64,000 nucleotides of DNA from Laetmonice hystrix (Eukaryota), in NCBI GenBank assembly GCA_965235115.1, contig OZ249436.1, positions 5,644,001 to 5,708,000 of the forward strand, read 5' to 3'. Of the stretch, positions 1-13,441 are shown piece by piece. Each line of letters starts with the position of its first letter. Position 1 is the first letter of the stretch. The position numbers were made by a program, and so were the translations under genes. A model generated the notes under the pieces. That model ran no database searches, had not been told where the DNA came from, and saw only the letters and a list, made by a program, of their open reading frames with translations.

Positions 1-351
1 AATAACAATAATTTTGGACTAGACGATTGCCCCCCCCCCCCCTTGAAAATCCTAGATCAGGCGCTGATACGGTCTGTGTATCTGAAGAGAGTGTGGCCCC
101 AATTACGTAAAACAGAAGCGGGGTTCTTCATGACATGTAGGCCTATATTATTTCTGGCATTCTATCACGTGTTGACAACACCTGGGGACAGAATATCTGT
201 TGGTATCGACTCAGTCAGAACACAAACGGCAAAGCTGGCCTCCGGCAACAAGTAGGATAAAGTAACGCTGCCCGTACGTCACAGACTGGTGACGTCATCA
301 GCACTTGGTAACGGCCGCCGTCGGCGCAGCACCCATACATGTGCATGGCTC

Positions 352-1556
352 GTGTTCCCTTCACTCCGTGCCGCGTTCTCTTCACTCCCTCGGCCGTGCC
401 GCGTTCCCTCCACTCCCTCGGCCGTGCCGCGTTCCCTTCACTCCCTCGGCCGTGCCGCGTTCTCTTCACTCCCTCGGCCGTGCCGCGTCCCATTCACTCC
501 CTCGGCCGTGCCGCGTTACCTTCACTCCCTCGGCCGTGCCGCGTTCCCTTCACTCTCTCGGCCGTGCCGCGTTACCTTCACTCCCTCGGCCGTGCCGCGT
601 TCCCTTCACTCCCTCGGCCGTGCCGCGTTACCTTCACTCCCTCGGCCGTGCACCGTTCCCTTCACTCTCTCGGCCGTGCCGCGTTCCCTTCACCCCCTCG
701 GCCGTGCCGCGTTCCCTTCACTCCCTCGGCCGTGCCGCGTTCCTTTCACTCCCTCGGCCGTGCCGCGTTACCTTCACTCCCTCGGCCATGCCGCGTTCCC
801 TTCACTCCCTCGGCCGTGCCACGTTCCCTTAACTCTCTCGGCCGTGCCGCGTCCCATTCACTCCCTCGGCCGTGCCACGTTCCCTTCACTCTCTCGGCCG
901 TGCCGCGTTCCCGTCACCCCCTCCGCCATGCCGCGTTCCCTTCACCCCCTCGGCCTTGCCGCGTTACCTTCACTCCCTCGGCCGTGCCGCGTTCCCTTTA
1001 CTCCCTCGGCCGTGCCGCGTTCCCGTCACCCCCTCGGCCGTGCCGCGTTCCCTTCACCCCCTCGGCCGTGCCGCGTTACCTTCACTCCCTCGGCCGTGCC
1101 GCGTTCCCTTTACCCCCTCGGCCGTGCCGCGTTCCCTTCACCCCCTCGGCCGTGCCACGTTCCCTTCACTCTCTCGGCCGTGCCGCGTTCCCGTCACCCC
1201 CTCGGCCGTGCCGCGTTCCCTTCACCCCCTCGGCCGTGCCGCGTTACCTTCACTCTCTCGGCCGTGCCGCGTTCCCGTCACCCCCTCGGCCGTGCCGCTT
1301 CCCTTCACCCCCTCGGCCGTGCCGCGTTCCCTTCACTCCCTCGGCCGTGCCGCGTTCCATTCACTCCCTCGGCCGTGCCGCGTTCCATTCACTCCCTCGG
1401 CCGTGCCGCGTTACCTTCACTCCCTCGGCCGTGCCGCGTTCCCTTCACCCCCTCGGCCGTGCCGCGTTACCTTCACTCCCTCGGCCGTGCCGCGTTACCT
1501 TCACTCCCTCGGCCGTGCCGCGTTCCCTTTACTCCCTCGGCCGTGCCGCGTTCCCT
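352..1556. repeat. Tandem minisatellite, 28-bp unit (TTCCCTTCACTCCCTCGGCCGTGCCGCG), ~43 copies
   Basis: Unit read directly. It lacks stops on the + strand, which explains the overlapping 429/441-aa ORFs in all frames. Confidence 0.97.
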
Positions 1557-2576
1557 TTTAGACTTTTATTCAGTTTGAAAAGAAGCCCCCATGCACTGTT
1601 GATTGCAAATCCACACATTTCAGGTCGAACGAAAAAAGTTAATATCCATCCTTTAATCCTTTAATGCCGATAGATCCCGCTAGAGGGAGGGACCATGAAA
1701 TATAGGCCAATTATGCATTTGTAGCCGAAAGTCCACGTGTTAGAAAATGTCACAGTGTATGATCCTTCGCCACCTGCTTGCCTTGACCGATGACATTTCT
1801 GGTGTATATCATTGTCCATTGTGTCGGTAGGGCTTTTTGTGCCTAACATAATATTTATGTGTAATGAAGTAGGATGGTCGGCGTGGCGCACAAAGTGTTG
1901 GCATTGTATATCAAGTTGTACGGAGGAAGGTGAAAGGGGATTGACGGCGCACCACATCACCCTACACCACATCAATCAACACCCTGCACCACATCAATCA
2001 ACACCTCTCTGCCGAGGAATTCGTCCGTGTTGAAGAATGGCCGGAAAGCGTTGGCGCACTTTTTATCCAATATAGAGGCACCACCTTCCAATGGCAAATC
2101 GATTCGTTAGAAGGCATTCCAGGAAGTTTTTGACAACTGAAATGTAAAGTACATGTATAAAAAAAGGTTGTTTCTGCAAGTTCTGTTGGATGAAATACGA
2201 ATTTCAATCAGAAAGTCTCACTCAGCCATGGTACCATGCATTCTCTCGTCAGATAATATCATGAAAATATTGCCGATACTCAATACAATAATGCCGAATA
2301 AAAAGTCTTTTCCTAGATTGCATTTTAGGGTCCTCATTTGGACCAACACCCCTCAACACATTTCAGCCCCCTCCATCAGTGAGCCCAGTACACATTAATG
2401 TCTGCCTTGTTTGCACCACAGCGGTTGACCGTCGGGCGACTGCTGCGGCTTACCGCCACCGATTCAACCTTCAGCCACAGTGATTGAAGAGTCGGAATGA
2501 GCTTCTGCCTTCCAATCGTCCACATTTTGTAAAGGTAAATTGTCGTTCGATTGTTCGCTCAATGACCGCCGAGTGG

Positions 2577-2888
2577 AAACCGCGACGATTCGTCGTGTTG
2601 GGGAAACTGGTTGGTTTTCTCACCAAGAAACCGCGACGATTCGTCGTGTTGGGGAAACTGGTTGGTTTTCTCATGAGGGAACCGTGACGATTCGTCGTGT
2701 TCGGGAAACTGGTTGGTTTTCCCACCAAGAAACCGCGACGATTCGTCGTGTTCGGGAAACTGGTTGGTTTTCTCATGAGGGAACCGCGACGATTCGCCGT
2801 GTTTGGGAAACCGGTTGGTTTTCCCATGAGGGAACCGCAACGATTCGTCGTGTTCGGGAAACTGGTTGGTTTTCCCACCAGGGAACCG
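2577..2888. repeat. Tandem repeat, 51-bp unit, ~6 copies
   Basis: GAAACCGCGACGATTCGTCGTGTT(G/C)GGGAAACTGGTTGGTTTTC... recurs. The unit ends alternate between CACCAA and CATGAG variants. Confidence 0.95.
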
Positions 2889-3237
2889 CTATGATAGAAA
2901 ACAATACTTCAGAGTTATTCCGCCTACGAAACGAAACCGCCTAGTGGCAGTAGAGGCTCGTGGACAACCCAGATGTGATCTTTCCTGGACGAATCGATGC
3001 CAATCTCTGCGGGATGATGAATGATCATCTTTGATGATGCCGACGAAATGATTACTTTGCTTGAGAGAGACCTTGAAATCTAGCGACACACATCGGCGAC
3101 AGGTATAGATCTAGGCTACATTTTAACATGACCTATAGACCTACACGCCCTCGTTCAATTAAGGCTTGCGTCCGGCGTGATGTAAAACGGTCTAATCTGC
3201 TATACGCACTCGGAGAAACACGTCTTCAGCCTCGGCA

Positions 3238-6200
3238 TCCAGAGCCTCACCCATAGAGCCGCACCCAGAGCCTCACCCAGGGCCGCACCCAGAGCCGCAC
3301 ACCCAGAGCCCCACCAAGAGCCGCACCCAGAGCCACACCCAGAGCCCCACACCCAGAGCCCCACACCCAGAGCCCCACACCCAGAGCCGCACCCAGAGCC
3401 ACACCCAGAGCCCCACACCCAGAGCCCCACACCCAGAGCCCCACACCCAGAGCCGCACCCAGAGCCGCACCCAGAGCCTCACCCAGGGCCGCACCCAGAG
3501 CCGTACGCAGAGCCTCACACCCAGAGCCGCACCCAGAGCCGCACACCCAGAGCCCCACCAAAAGCCTCACACCCAGAGCCGCACCCAGATCCCCACCCAG
3601 AGCCCCCCCCCCCCAGCCGCACCCAGAGCCTCACCCAGAGCCCCACACCCAGAGCCACACCCAGAGCCCCACACCCAGAGCCGCACCCAGAGCCTCACCC
3701 AGAGCCCCCACCCAGAGCCCCCACCCAGAGCCCCGCCCAGAGCCCAACACCCAGAGCTCCACCCAGAGCCGCACCCAGAGCCGCACCCAGAGCCCCACAC
3801 CCAGAGCCCCACACCCAGAGCCCCACACCCAGAGCCCCACACCCAGAGCTCCACCCAGAGCCTCGCCCAGATCCCCACCCAGAGCCCCCCCCCCAGCCGC
3901 ACCCAGAGCCCCACACCCAGAGCTCCACCCAGAGCCCCACCCAGGGGCTGAGCCCCACCCAGAGCCTCACCCAGAGGCTGAGCCCCACCCAGAGGCTGAG
4001 CCCCACCCAGAGCCCCACCCAGAGGCTGGGCCTCACCCAGAGCCCCACCCAGAGCCTCACCCAGAGCCGCACACCCAGAGCCGCACACCCAGAGCCCCAC
4101 CCAGGGCCCCACACCCAGAGCCCCACACCCAGAGCCACGCCCAGAGCCCCACCAAGAGCCTCACCCAGAGCCGCACACCCAGAGCCACCCAGAGCCCCAC
4201 ACCCAGAGCCCCACACCCAGAGCCACACCCAGAGCCACGCCCAGAGCCTCACCCAGAGCCCCACCCAGAGCCCCACCCAGAGCCCCACCAAGAGCCCCAC
4301 ACCCAGAGCCACACCCAGAGCCACGCCCAGAGCCCCACCAAGAGCCTCACCCAGAGCCGCATACCCAGAGCCCCACCCAGAGCCGCACCCAGAGCCCCAC
4401 ACCCAGAGCCCCACACCCAGAGCCCCACACCCAGAGCCCCACCCAGAGCCGCACACCCAGAGCCTCACCCAGAGCCGCACACCCAGAGCCACACCCAGAG
4501 CCACGCCCAGAGCCACACACCCAGAGCCTCACCCAGAGCCGCACCCCGAGCCGCACACCCAGAGCCCCACCCAGAGCCCCACCCAGAGCCTCACCCAGAG
4601 CCTCACCCAGAGCCCCACACCCAGAGCCCCACCCAGAGCCCCACACCCAGAGCCCCACCCAGAGCCCCACCCAGAGCCCCACCCAGAGCCGCACCCAGAG
4701 GCTGAGCCCCACCCAGAGCCCCACCCAGAGCCCCACCCAGAGCCCCACACCCAGAGCCCCACCCAGAGCCGCACACCCAGAGCCTCACCCAGAGCCGCAC
4801 ACCCAGAGCCACACCCAGAGCCACGCCCAGAGCCACACACCCAGAGCCTCACCCAGAGCCGCACCCCGAGCCGCACACCCAGAGCCCCACCCAGAGCCCC
4901 ACCCAGAGCCTCACCCAGAGCCTCACCCAGAGCCCCACACCCAGAGCCCCACCCAGAGCCCCACACCCAGAGCCCCACCCAGAGCCCCACCCAGAGCCCC
5001 ACCCAGAGCCGCACCCAGAGCCTCACCCAGAGCCCCACCCAGAGCCTCACCTAGAACCTCACCCAGAGCCCCACACCCAGAGCCTCACTCAGAGCCCCAC
5101 CCAGAGCCCCACACCCAGAGCCCCACCCAGAGCCCCACCCAGAGGCTGGGCCTCACCCAGAGCCCCACCCAGAGCCTCACCCAGAGCCACACACCCAGAG
5201 CCGCACACCCAGAGCCCCACCCAGGGCCCCACACCCAGAGCCCCACACCCAGAGCCACGCCCAGAGCCCCACCAAGAGCCTCACCCAGAGCCGCACACCC
5301 AGAGCCACCCAGAGCCCCACACCCAGAGCCCCACACCCAGAGCCACACCCAGAGCCACGCCCAGAGCCTCACCCAGAGCCCCACCCAGAGCCCCACCCAG
5401 AGCCCCACCAAGAGCCCCACACCCAGAGCCACACCCAGAGCCACGCCCAGAGCCCCACCAAGAGCCTCACCCAGAGCCGCATACCCAGAGCCCCACCCAG
5501 AGCCGCACCCAGAGCCCCACACCCAGAGCCCCACACCCAGAGCCCCACACCCAGAGCCCCACCCAGAGCCGCACACCCAGAGCCTCACCCAGAGCCGCAC
5601 ACCCAGAGCCACACCCAGAGCCACGCCCAGAGCCACACACCCAGAGCCTCACCCAGAGCCGCACCCCGAGCCGCACACCCAGAGCCCCACCCAGAGCCCC
5701 ACCCAGAGCCTCACCCAGAGCCTCACCCAGAGCCCCACACCCAGAGCCCCACCCAGAGCCCCACACCCAGAGCCCCACCCAGAGCCCCACCCAGAGCCCC
5801 ACCCAGAGCCGCACCCAGAGCCTCACCCAGAGCCCCACCCAGAGCCTCACCTAGAACCTCACCCAGAGCCCCACACCCAGAGCCTCACTCAGAGCCCCAC
5901 CCAGAGCCCCACACCCAGAGCCTCACTCAGAGCCCCACCCAGAGCCCCACACCCAGAGCCTCACCCAGAGCCTCACCCAGAGCCTCACTCAGAGCCCCAC
6001 ACCCAGAGCCCCACCCAGAGCCACACCCAGAGCCGCACACCCAGAGCCCCACCCAGAGCCACACACCCAGAGCCCCACCAAGAGCCTCACCCAGAGCCCC
6101 ACACCCAGAGCCGCACCCAGAGCCACACCCAGAGCCACACCCAGAGCCACGCCCAGAGCCTCACCCAGAGCCTCACCCAGAGCCACACCCAGAGCCGTAC

Positions 6201-6716
6201 CCAGAGCCTCACACCCAGAGCCCCACACCCAGAGCCCACCAAGAGCCCCACCCAGAGCCCCACCCAGAGCCTCACCCAGAGCCCCACCCAGAGCCCCACC
6301 CAGAGCCCCTCACCCAGAGCCCCTCACCCAGAGCCCCACCCAGAGCCCACCCAGAGCCCCACCCAGAGCCCCACCCAGAGCCCCACCCAGAGCCCCACAC
6401 CTAGAGCCCCCCACCCAGAGCCTCACCCAGAGCCCCACCCAGAGCCGCACCCAGAGCCCCACCAAGAGCCCCACACCCAGAGCCCCACCCAGAGCCGTAC
6501 CCAGAGGCTGAGCCCCACCCAGAGCCCCACCCAGAGCCCCACCCAGAGGCTGAGCCTCACCCAGAGCCACACCCAGAGCCCCACCCAGAGCCTCACCCAG
6601 AGCCCCACCAAGAGCCCCACACCCAGAGCTCCACCCAGAGCCCCACACCCAGAGCTCCACCCAGAGCCCCACACCCAGAGCCCACACCCAGAGCCTCACA
6701 CCCAGAGCCTCACCCA
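3238..6716. repeat. C-rich minisatellite, 13/15-bp variant units (CCCAGAGCCCCA(CA)C) with higher-order duplications
   Basis: Direct reading. Identical variant strings recur in blocks several hundred bp long. Confidence 0.97.
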
Positions 6717-8789
6717 GGAGACACACTCGTCTGTGGGAAGATGAAGTCTGCAGGAGACGGGTAAGCGCGAGTTTGCCTCCATCTAATTGGCCCACTTGAG
6801 TGGTATTTTCCGATTCATTACGGCGCCTGGGTTGGGCCTGCGTTCAGGCGAACGACAATGCCTGTCAGTCGAGTACATCGAGCTCGACAGACGCTGGAGG
6901 ACAGGCGTTGTCTTTGAGACACACTAATGGCACCAACGTTGTTAAGTGCCTCCCATGTGAAAAGGGCGAGGCGATAACATATTTAGAGGAGAGGAAAATG
7001 AACCGACTTCTTATTATAGAGTTCCTCGGATCTCCTATTGCAAATGCAGTGTTATACACCGATGCTTGACAGGCCTATTTTTTTTTAGTAAAACCTAAAG
7101 AAGTTACAAAACATCACGGCAAGAGAAGAAAAATGGAAATACACAAAGAAAGCTGCCCACAGAGACCTTATGGGCAGTAATATGATAACACATTTCCGTC
7201 AGAAATTAAATAGCCGAAGTGATATCTCTCCAAGGGCCTACGAATATTTTGTCTACGCGAGCTGCAATATACTAAATTTATTACCGACTAATAGTTTTGT
7301 AGTGTGTTTGTTCCCTCACAGAAACTCTATAGTCCTTTAATATATTGCCAATGGTGTTCCATGTAGGGTAGGTTGGTTTAATAGCTCTGCTGAAAACGAT
7401 TGCCAAACAAGTTACAAAACAGATTGTCAGAATCAGCTTTGATTATAGTGCAGGAAATAACATGGTGAAAATGAATTAGAACGAATGGCATTGCAAGAAA
7501 AATGTGCTTGTCCTCACCATATGGGAGCTTAGATTTCCTGTATCTATGATGGTTTGGCCTCATTCTGTACACGACCAACGGCCGGTGATGAGGATTCGAT
7601 AGCCGCCTTGTTTGGAAACTGTGTCGTGCTGCCTGCCCCCATCGTCGGCCATCTCGCCGACTAATTGCTGACGTGGGTTGAAAGGTAAGCGTGTCATTGG
7701 AAGGTCGTGTATGAACGCCTTGTTAAACAGCACCTCCCCGGCAGAGCATCCCTTGGTTGGGGAAGGGAATGGTCACACGAGAATCGATACGCCTTTGGTC
7801 GAAGAAACGACAGGCTAAAGTAGCCCCCGGTGGGACCCGCAACGTGCAAACATCTACCTGACCACCCCACCCGTGCTGGATCGATTCACGAATGCTTTTA
7901 TTTTGGGTGGAGCGAAATGCAGCTTGGTCTGCTAGTATCGATTACCGCACGCGACATCTCTCTATAAGAACACCTTATGCAAGGTACTCAAATATGTGAC
8001 ATTAGGGAGTAAAGAATACATTTTTATAGAATGAACAAACGTTAATCCTCACGGCCGTTCCTTTAATCAGTGGCCAGGATCTATCGATTTCATTGATGTG
8101 GGAGCTTATATTGAACCACATCATATTATGCAACTAAGTGCAATTGATTACAAAAATTTATGCTGTACAGCCTAGCACGTATTGACATATTTTCTGCTCA
8201 GATGACAACAGGCTGACGACCGATTCACTCTTGATGCTCATGTAAAATTAAAATCACCATTATCATGCTGCCATTGCGTAATGGTGTTCGTGATTTAAGC
8301 CCTACCTGTTTATGAAAGACAGGTTGTATAATAAAAGATTTGGTTCTAGATCCCCACGGATTTACGAATCGGTTATCTCTGTTTGCCAGCATCACGTGAT
8401 CAGACCTACGCGTCCCCCGCTTTCACTGCGCTGCTGTGCTGACGTTTGTTCTGACGCAAGTTTCCTAAAGAAACGGGAAAGCAAAGGAGCCGTCGAAACC
8501 TTACAGCTGCCCCCCCCCCCCCCCCCCATTGCAATGTATCTACGGGGATATCAGTTGCAGACCCTTTTACGTGTTCTCATTTCAATATACATGTATTACC
8601 GTATTGCTACTATCTAATATATTGAATCGTGTTTTGTATGCAGTTCAACCAAATATGATTCCACGAATGTCTACGGAGAAATCTATTGTATGCATTCACT
8701 CTTGACGCTTCTTGGCGCAAGAGATTGTCGTGTGCACCTGTAATTAATGATGCAGAGCACTTGATGGGGACTTGACCGCGGCAGCATGC

Positions 8790-9179
8790 ACCTCAACGTT
8801 ATACAACGGAGTAGTGAACATTGCGCCTCAACGTTATACAACGGAGTAGTGAACACTGCGCCTCAACGTTAAACAAAGGAGTAGTGAACATTGCGCCTCA
8901 ACATTAAACAAAGGAGTAGTGAACATTGCGCCTCAACATTAAACAAAGGAGTAGTGAACATTGCGCCTCAACATTAAACAAAGGAGTAGTGAACATTGCG
9001 CCTCAACGTTATACAAAGGAGTAGTGAAAATTGCGCCTCAACGTTATACAACGGAGTAGTGAACATTGCGCCTCAACGTTATGTATACAAAAGAGAAGTG
9101 AACATTGCGCCTCAACGTTATACAAAGGAGTAGTGAACATTGCGCCTCAACATTATACAAAGGAGTAGTGAAAATTGCG
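8790..9179. repeat. Tandem repeat, 35-bp unit (TTGCGCCTCAACGTTATACAAAGGAGTAGTGAACA), ~11 copies
   Basis: Direct reading. Confidence 0.95.
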
Positions 9180-11635
9180 TCTGTGATGTAGGCTATGTCG
9201 TGAAGACGGACGCTTGTAGCCTGACCCCGTTAACCAGATCAGTCGGTGAGGGTCCAACCTCAACAATCCTGTTACCACTGATGTTATTACACCTGACGGA
9301 CGGGCAGATAATCCACTCTGCTGCTTCCTCAACGTCAACGCATAACTAATGCCTGTAACATTGAATGATCGATGCGCATTGCCTTTAGATGTTCACTAAA
9401 ACAGAATTAGGCTACCGAACGCATTTCCTAGTGCGAGCAGTCTCAGATTCGCAGGCGTGATCGGTCAATCTGGAATCGGTAGCAGTTAGAAAGGAGTCTA
9501 AAAGCTTCTAGCCCGAGCTCTGAAGATCTATTTGGAGCGATTTTATTTTCCAGGGCAATCGGGTTCGTGACTATTATCTCCCAGGGGGCCACACAAGATC
9601 TAGATTCCCACCTTTCAGGGTTGGTATTGATTTTTTTGGCCCTATTATTGGTTCTCTGGCTTGCTTCCTCTCGATGTTCGATACGGACTCTAGTGTGAGC
9701 ACATTATTTGTACATTGACGGTCAAGCTTGACTTTCATTCAAATTAATTTTCTATACACATGTTTCTCTTGAAATATAAATGAAGGATTATGCATTGAAT
9801 GCGCCCTCGTTTAATCATCATTATTATCATCGTCATCATATATAAAATACACATAATACCGGCATTCCCTTGTACATAAAATCCAGTGTCCGTTAAAACC
9901 TACTTCATCAGTGCCTCTGCCTTGCGTACATCACATCATTGTCATTAACAGCAGGGATTCAGAGGTCTTCTGGTGGGAATAATCCTTGGCAAAACGTCAA
10001 CCACAATCACCTTTCTTTTCCTAACCTTAGGTCACATGCAATAAATAGAGTACGTATTTCCGGTTAGCTCTTTGAGAGAAATGCCTTCATGTAGCTGCAG
10101 ATACCTTCAAGGTCCTTTGTTGATTACTCTTGCACCGTCGTACTTACATCACTGAATACGGTCCAACATCAAAACTAATACCGGGCACTTAACTGATTTG
10201 ATCTATGTTCACAAACGGTAAGGAAAAATATAATTATATGATACAACAATTACCTGTCTATCTAAATATCCATGTATATAGTGCCATGATGGCATATCTA
10301 GACACGGTAACAACGGTCGGAAAATATAGCATCACTGATAATGATATGATCACAACGGGCGCTCATGGCTTGGGAAAACGACCGTTTTGTTGACATCATT
10401 CTATAAAACGAACAACATTGTGTTTCCATTGCTATTACACTAACCAGACTCAGGGCAGAAAGCTGACGTTGCACGCCCTCATTAACACCATTGCCTATTG
10501 TGCTGTATAAGAATGGATGAGGAGGCCAGAAAAGAGCTTTCCCCATCTGTGAAGGACATCGAATAGAGGCCATTGCATTGCACTGAAGACATACAATGAG
10601 ACATTTCGTGCCTGTGGAAATTTAAGACATGTAGGGTATCCAGCAAATGTGTGTAGAACAATGATGGTGACTGAATAGTATACCTTACATCGTACTTGCA
10701 ATGTAAGCTATTAAAACTGATGAGCAGGAAACAACATCAAACACTCCATGCCAACAATCATTCACCTATTGCTTGCAGTTGACGTATAGTATCTACGCCG
10801 TACGTTGTATCAACTAAACATCATTTATGAACAGCTGACCGAAGTGCCCTGCCTTCTGAACGTAAAATATACTCTATGTAGCACTGTAAACAACTGTCCT
10901 TTAAGAAACCTTACATTCACATCAATCCTGCAGGGGCCACTAACTACTAATGGCGGACATTTTCTCTGAACAACATGGAAATTTAAAATTGGCGGCGAGT
11001 GCACCGGCAGCCATGGAACAATAACCGGCAGCCATGGAACAATCACAGACTTTCAGTCAGTGCCGAGTAATTACCGGCCGGCAACGTCATTTCCCAGCAC
11101 GAGCGTCCATGGCTAAAGCAGCCTTACACAAGATTACACAAGAGGCGGTGTTGAACGTTGTCTAATCAGCAATGTTTATAAGCTGTCATCTTGTTCCTTT
11201 TCTCATGCGATTCGAGATTCGAGACAGGGCCCGAAGCTATACTCTTCTTGTTGAAGAAATGGGTAGCCGTCTACATTTGAAAATATAGTCTAGAACTGCT
11301 TTAATATTGCTGTGGGGTTTCAACTTCGATAATAAAATCTTCCATCTTTGCAATTTCTTACGTTTGACCAGCATGAAAAACCAAATCAACTCAGGTTTTG
11401 CCATTTTGTTTTTCTACTACACCAGATGGCCTATCCAATTATCTGGAAGTGACGGAATGTTCATAACAACCTGACATTTGTTGACTTCAGGCTGATAAAA
11501 AATATATTATTTCCAGGTCCCGACCCAATCAGCCTTCCTGTCAACCTATCGACCAACTGTTTTAACCCTTGTGGTACTGACCGACATGATAAGGTTTTCC
11601 AAGTAGCAATCCCTTACGTGCACGGGTCACTCGGG

Positions 11636-13441
11636 TCAGGTGGTGACGTCATTCTTTCCAGCGAAGAGGCACATTAGTCGCAGCCAGAAACTGCTGGATT
11701 CTTGTCGTGACTCGACCTTGGTGTCCACCACCTTACTGCCGCATGTCCCAGTCAGTTTAGTAGAACTGGAATCCTCATCAACATTCTGAGGTGCCATCAT
11801 TCCTTCCATCATCTTCTCCAGGTGGCGCTGTATAGCAAGTCCAAGTACTTCCGGGTCAAACTCAGCACCATAAACATCCCAAGTCTGACCGTTCTCATCA
11901 AACACTATTTCCGGCACTGGTTTGGGTATTTTTTTGCCTCCACATTCCTCTTCTTCCGTGTCCTCATCTTCGTCATTGTCCTTGGTTTCTTCCATAATGG
12001 TCTCCTTACTTTTATCATCGAGCACAATTTCGGGATAAAGAGCGGAGGAGGGGCTGGAAGGAGCCTCTCCACGGCCGACGGTTGGCGTATCGAGGAAGTC
12101 ATTACACCGGAGATTCATCTCACTACTTGCACTGTCTAAAGTACGAATAGAACTTACAGTGCTAGAACTAGACTCCATAGACACCTGAGGATCCAAATAA
12201 ATGCTGGCACTGTGACCATGCTGAAGCTCACGTTGGGTCATCCGGGCAATATCTAGAGATTGAGTCCGGAGGTGTTTCTTTAACGGACGTGGACTCTTTC
12301 GCCGGTATGCTTTACTCTGTTGAACAGTACATTGTTGCTCTTGCATGATGTCCATGAGATCTTCATTGGAGCACACTATACCTGATTTCATGACGACACA
12401 AGGTTGACGGTCATACGTGTCTTCACTGATAGACCGACGTCTGAGGAAGGCCTGTCTCACTGTCTCCTTGGGTACATCTCCATCGACCTCCTCGTTCTGG
12501 CCCTCCTTGGAGGCAGTTGCCACAGATTCTGTTGTGGCCGTTCCGGGTGTTCCTGCAGCGCCTGTCGGTCCATGTTTTGTGTCACCCTTTGACCGTAACG
12601 CCTTTTTCTTCTGTTGCAACTGAATCTGTTCTAAATTGAGGTTCTTCCTCGACGTTAGGCTGGCCTCCAAAAGGTCGTTAGCCCGTTGTCGCTTCTCCTG
12701 AATCATGGCGGCGGCACTTGGCCACTCACTTGACTGAAATACCTTCTCTCGTATTCGCTCCTTCACTTTCGTGAACAGCATAGAGGGAGCACTTGTTTTC
12801 GAAATGTGGTGTGTATTCCCGTAAGATTTTTTATGTTTAGATTGCGATGTGCTGCCGTGATACGTGGCAGCCAAATCAATGTCCTTTTCCTTGTCAGAGA
12901 AGGTGATTTGGTCCGTTGAAACGGCGGTCGAGGAAGAAGAGCTTCCTGCCGCCATCGTCACGCTCCGTTGATGAAATCGTATCCTCTTTTTGGTAATAGG
13001 GGTACGCCCCCCACCTGTTGGGGTCGTCGGTGTGCCGCCGATTCCTAAACTACTATTGCCAGCACCTCCCCCTCCCGTGCTACTGCTAGTAGCGGTGGTG
13101 CCGAGCGCAGTGTTGTTGCTGCTGCTGCTTGTAGTGGCTTCCTGTTGGCGGGTCTGACACTGCCTCTGCTGCGAAGCAAGACGAGGCGATGGCGGGGGAC
13201 GGTGGTCGTCATCCGGCTCCGATCTCTCTCCATCTGACGAATTCTGACGACTGACGGTCGGGCTTTCCCCGACCCTAATAAGGGTAGAGTGCTCGTTCAA
13301 CATGTCTTCGGCGTCGTCGTCGGCGTCGTCCTCGTTGTCCTCCTCGGGAATCAGTTGTGCCGAGTAGGGTAGCGCCGTGATGGTGTGCGCTCTATGATAG
13401 GCCCGGCGGCGTCTACGTGCTGCAGCGCTCTCACTGAGCAT
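11636..13441 (-). CDS. GPRIN: GPRIN-like protein (G protein-regulated inducer of neurite outgrowth family, C-terminal GRIN_C domain), 601 aa, intronless CDS
   Basis: Long non-repetitive ORF. ATG is in CCACCATG context with an in-frame upstream TAG. The motif VPEIVFDENGQTWDVYGAEFDPEVLGLAIQRHLE (11917-11816) matches the GPRIN consensus V.WDE.G.TWEVYGA....EVLG.AIQKHLE as recalled. N-terminus is low-complexity/disordered and there is a Cys-containing hydrophobic tail (FWLRLMCLF). Confidence 0.88.
   Translation of the reverse strand: MLSESAAARRRRRAYHRAHTITALPYSAQLIPEEDNEDDADDDAEDMLNEHSTLIRVGESPTVSRQNSSDGERSEPDDDHRPPPSPRLASQQRQCQTRQQEATTSSSSNNTALGTTATSSSTGGGGAGNSSLGIGGTPTTPTGGGRTPITKKRIRFHQRSVTMAAGSSSSSTAVSTDQITFSDKEKDIDLAATYHGSTSQSKHKKSYGNTHHISKTSAPSMLFTKVKERIREKVFQSSEWPSAAAMIQEKRQRANDLLEASLTSRKNLNLEQIQLQQKKKALRSKGDTKHGPTGAAGTPGTATTESVATASKEGQNEEVDGDVPKETVRQAFLRRRSISEDTYDRQPCVVMKSGIVCSNEDLMDIMQEQQCTVQQSKAYRRKSPRPLKKHLRTQSLDIARMTQRELQHGHSASIYLDPQVSMESSSSTVSSIRTLDSASSEMNLRCNDFLDTPTVGRGEAPSSPSSALYPEIVLDDKSKETIMEETKDNDEDEDTEEEECGGKKIPKPVPEIVFDENGQTWDVYGAEFDPEVLGLAIQRHLEKMMEGMMAPQNVDEDSSSTKLTGTCGSKVVDTKVESRQESSSFWLRLMCLFAGKNDVTT

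Noticed and set aside
289..1664. 429- and 441-aa ORFs
   Set aside because: Translations of a stop-free 28-bp minisatellite that is open in all three + frames
3200..6795. Gly/Trp/Leu-rich ORFs resembling structural proteins
   Set aside because: Frame-shifting translations of a 13/15-bp repeat with no consistent frame
6735..7690. Two plus-strand GTAAGC donor-like sites (~6761, ~7685)
   Set aside because: No supportable upstream acceptor or ORF. Could be non-coding exons but untestable here.
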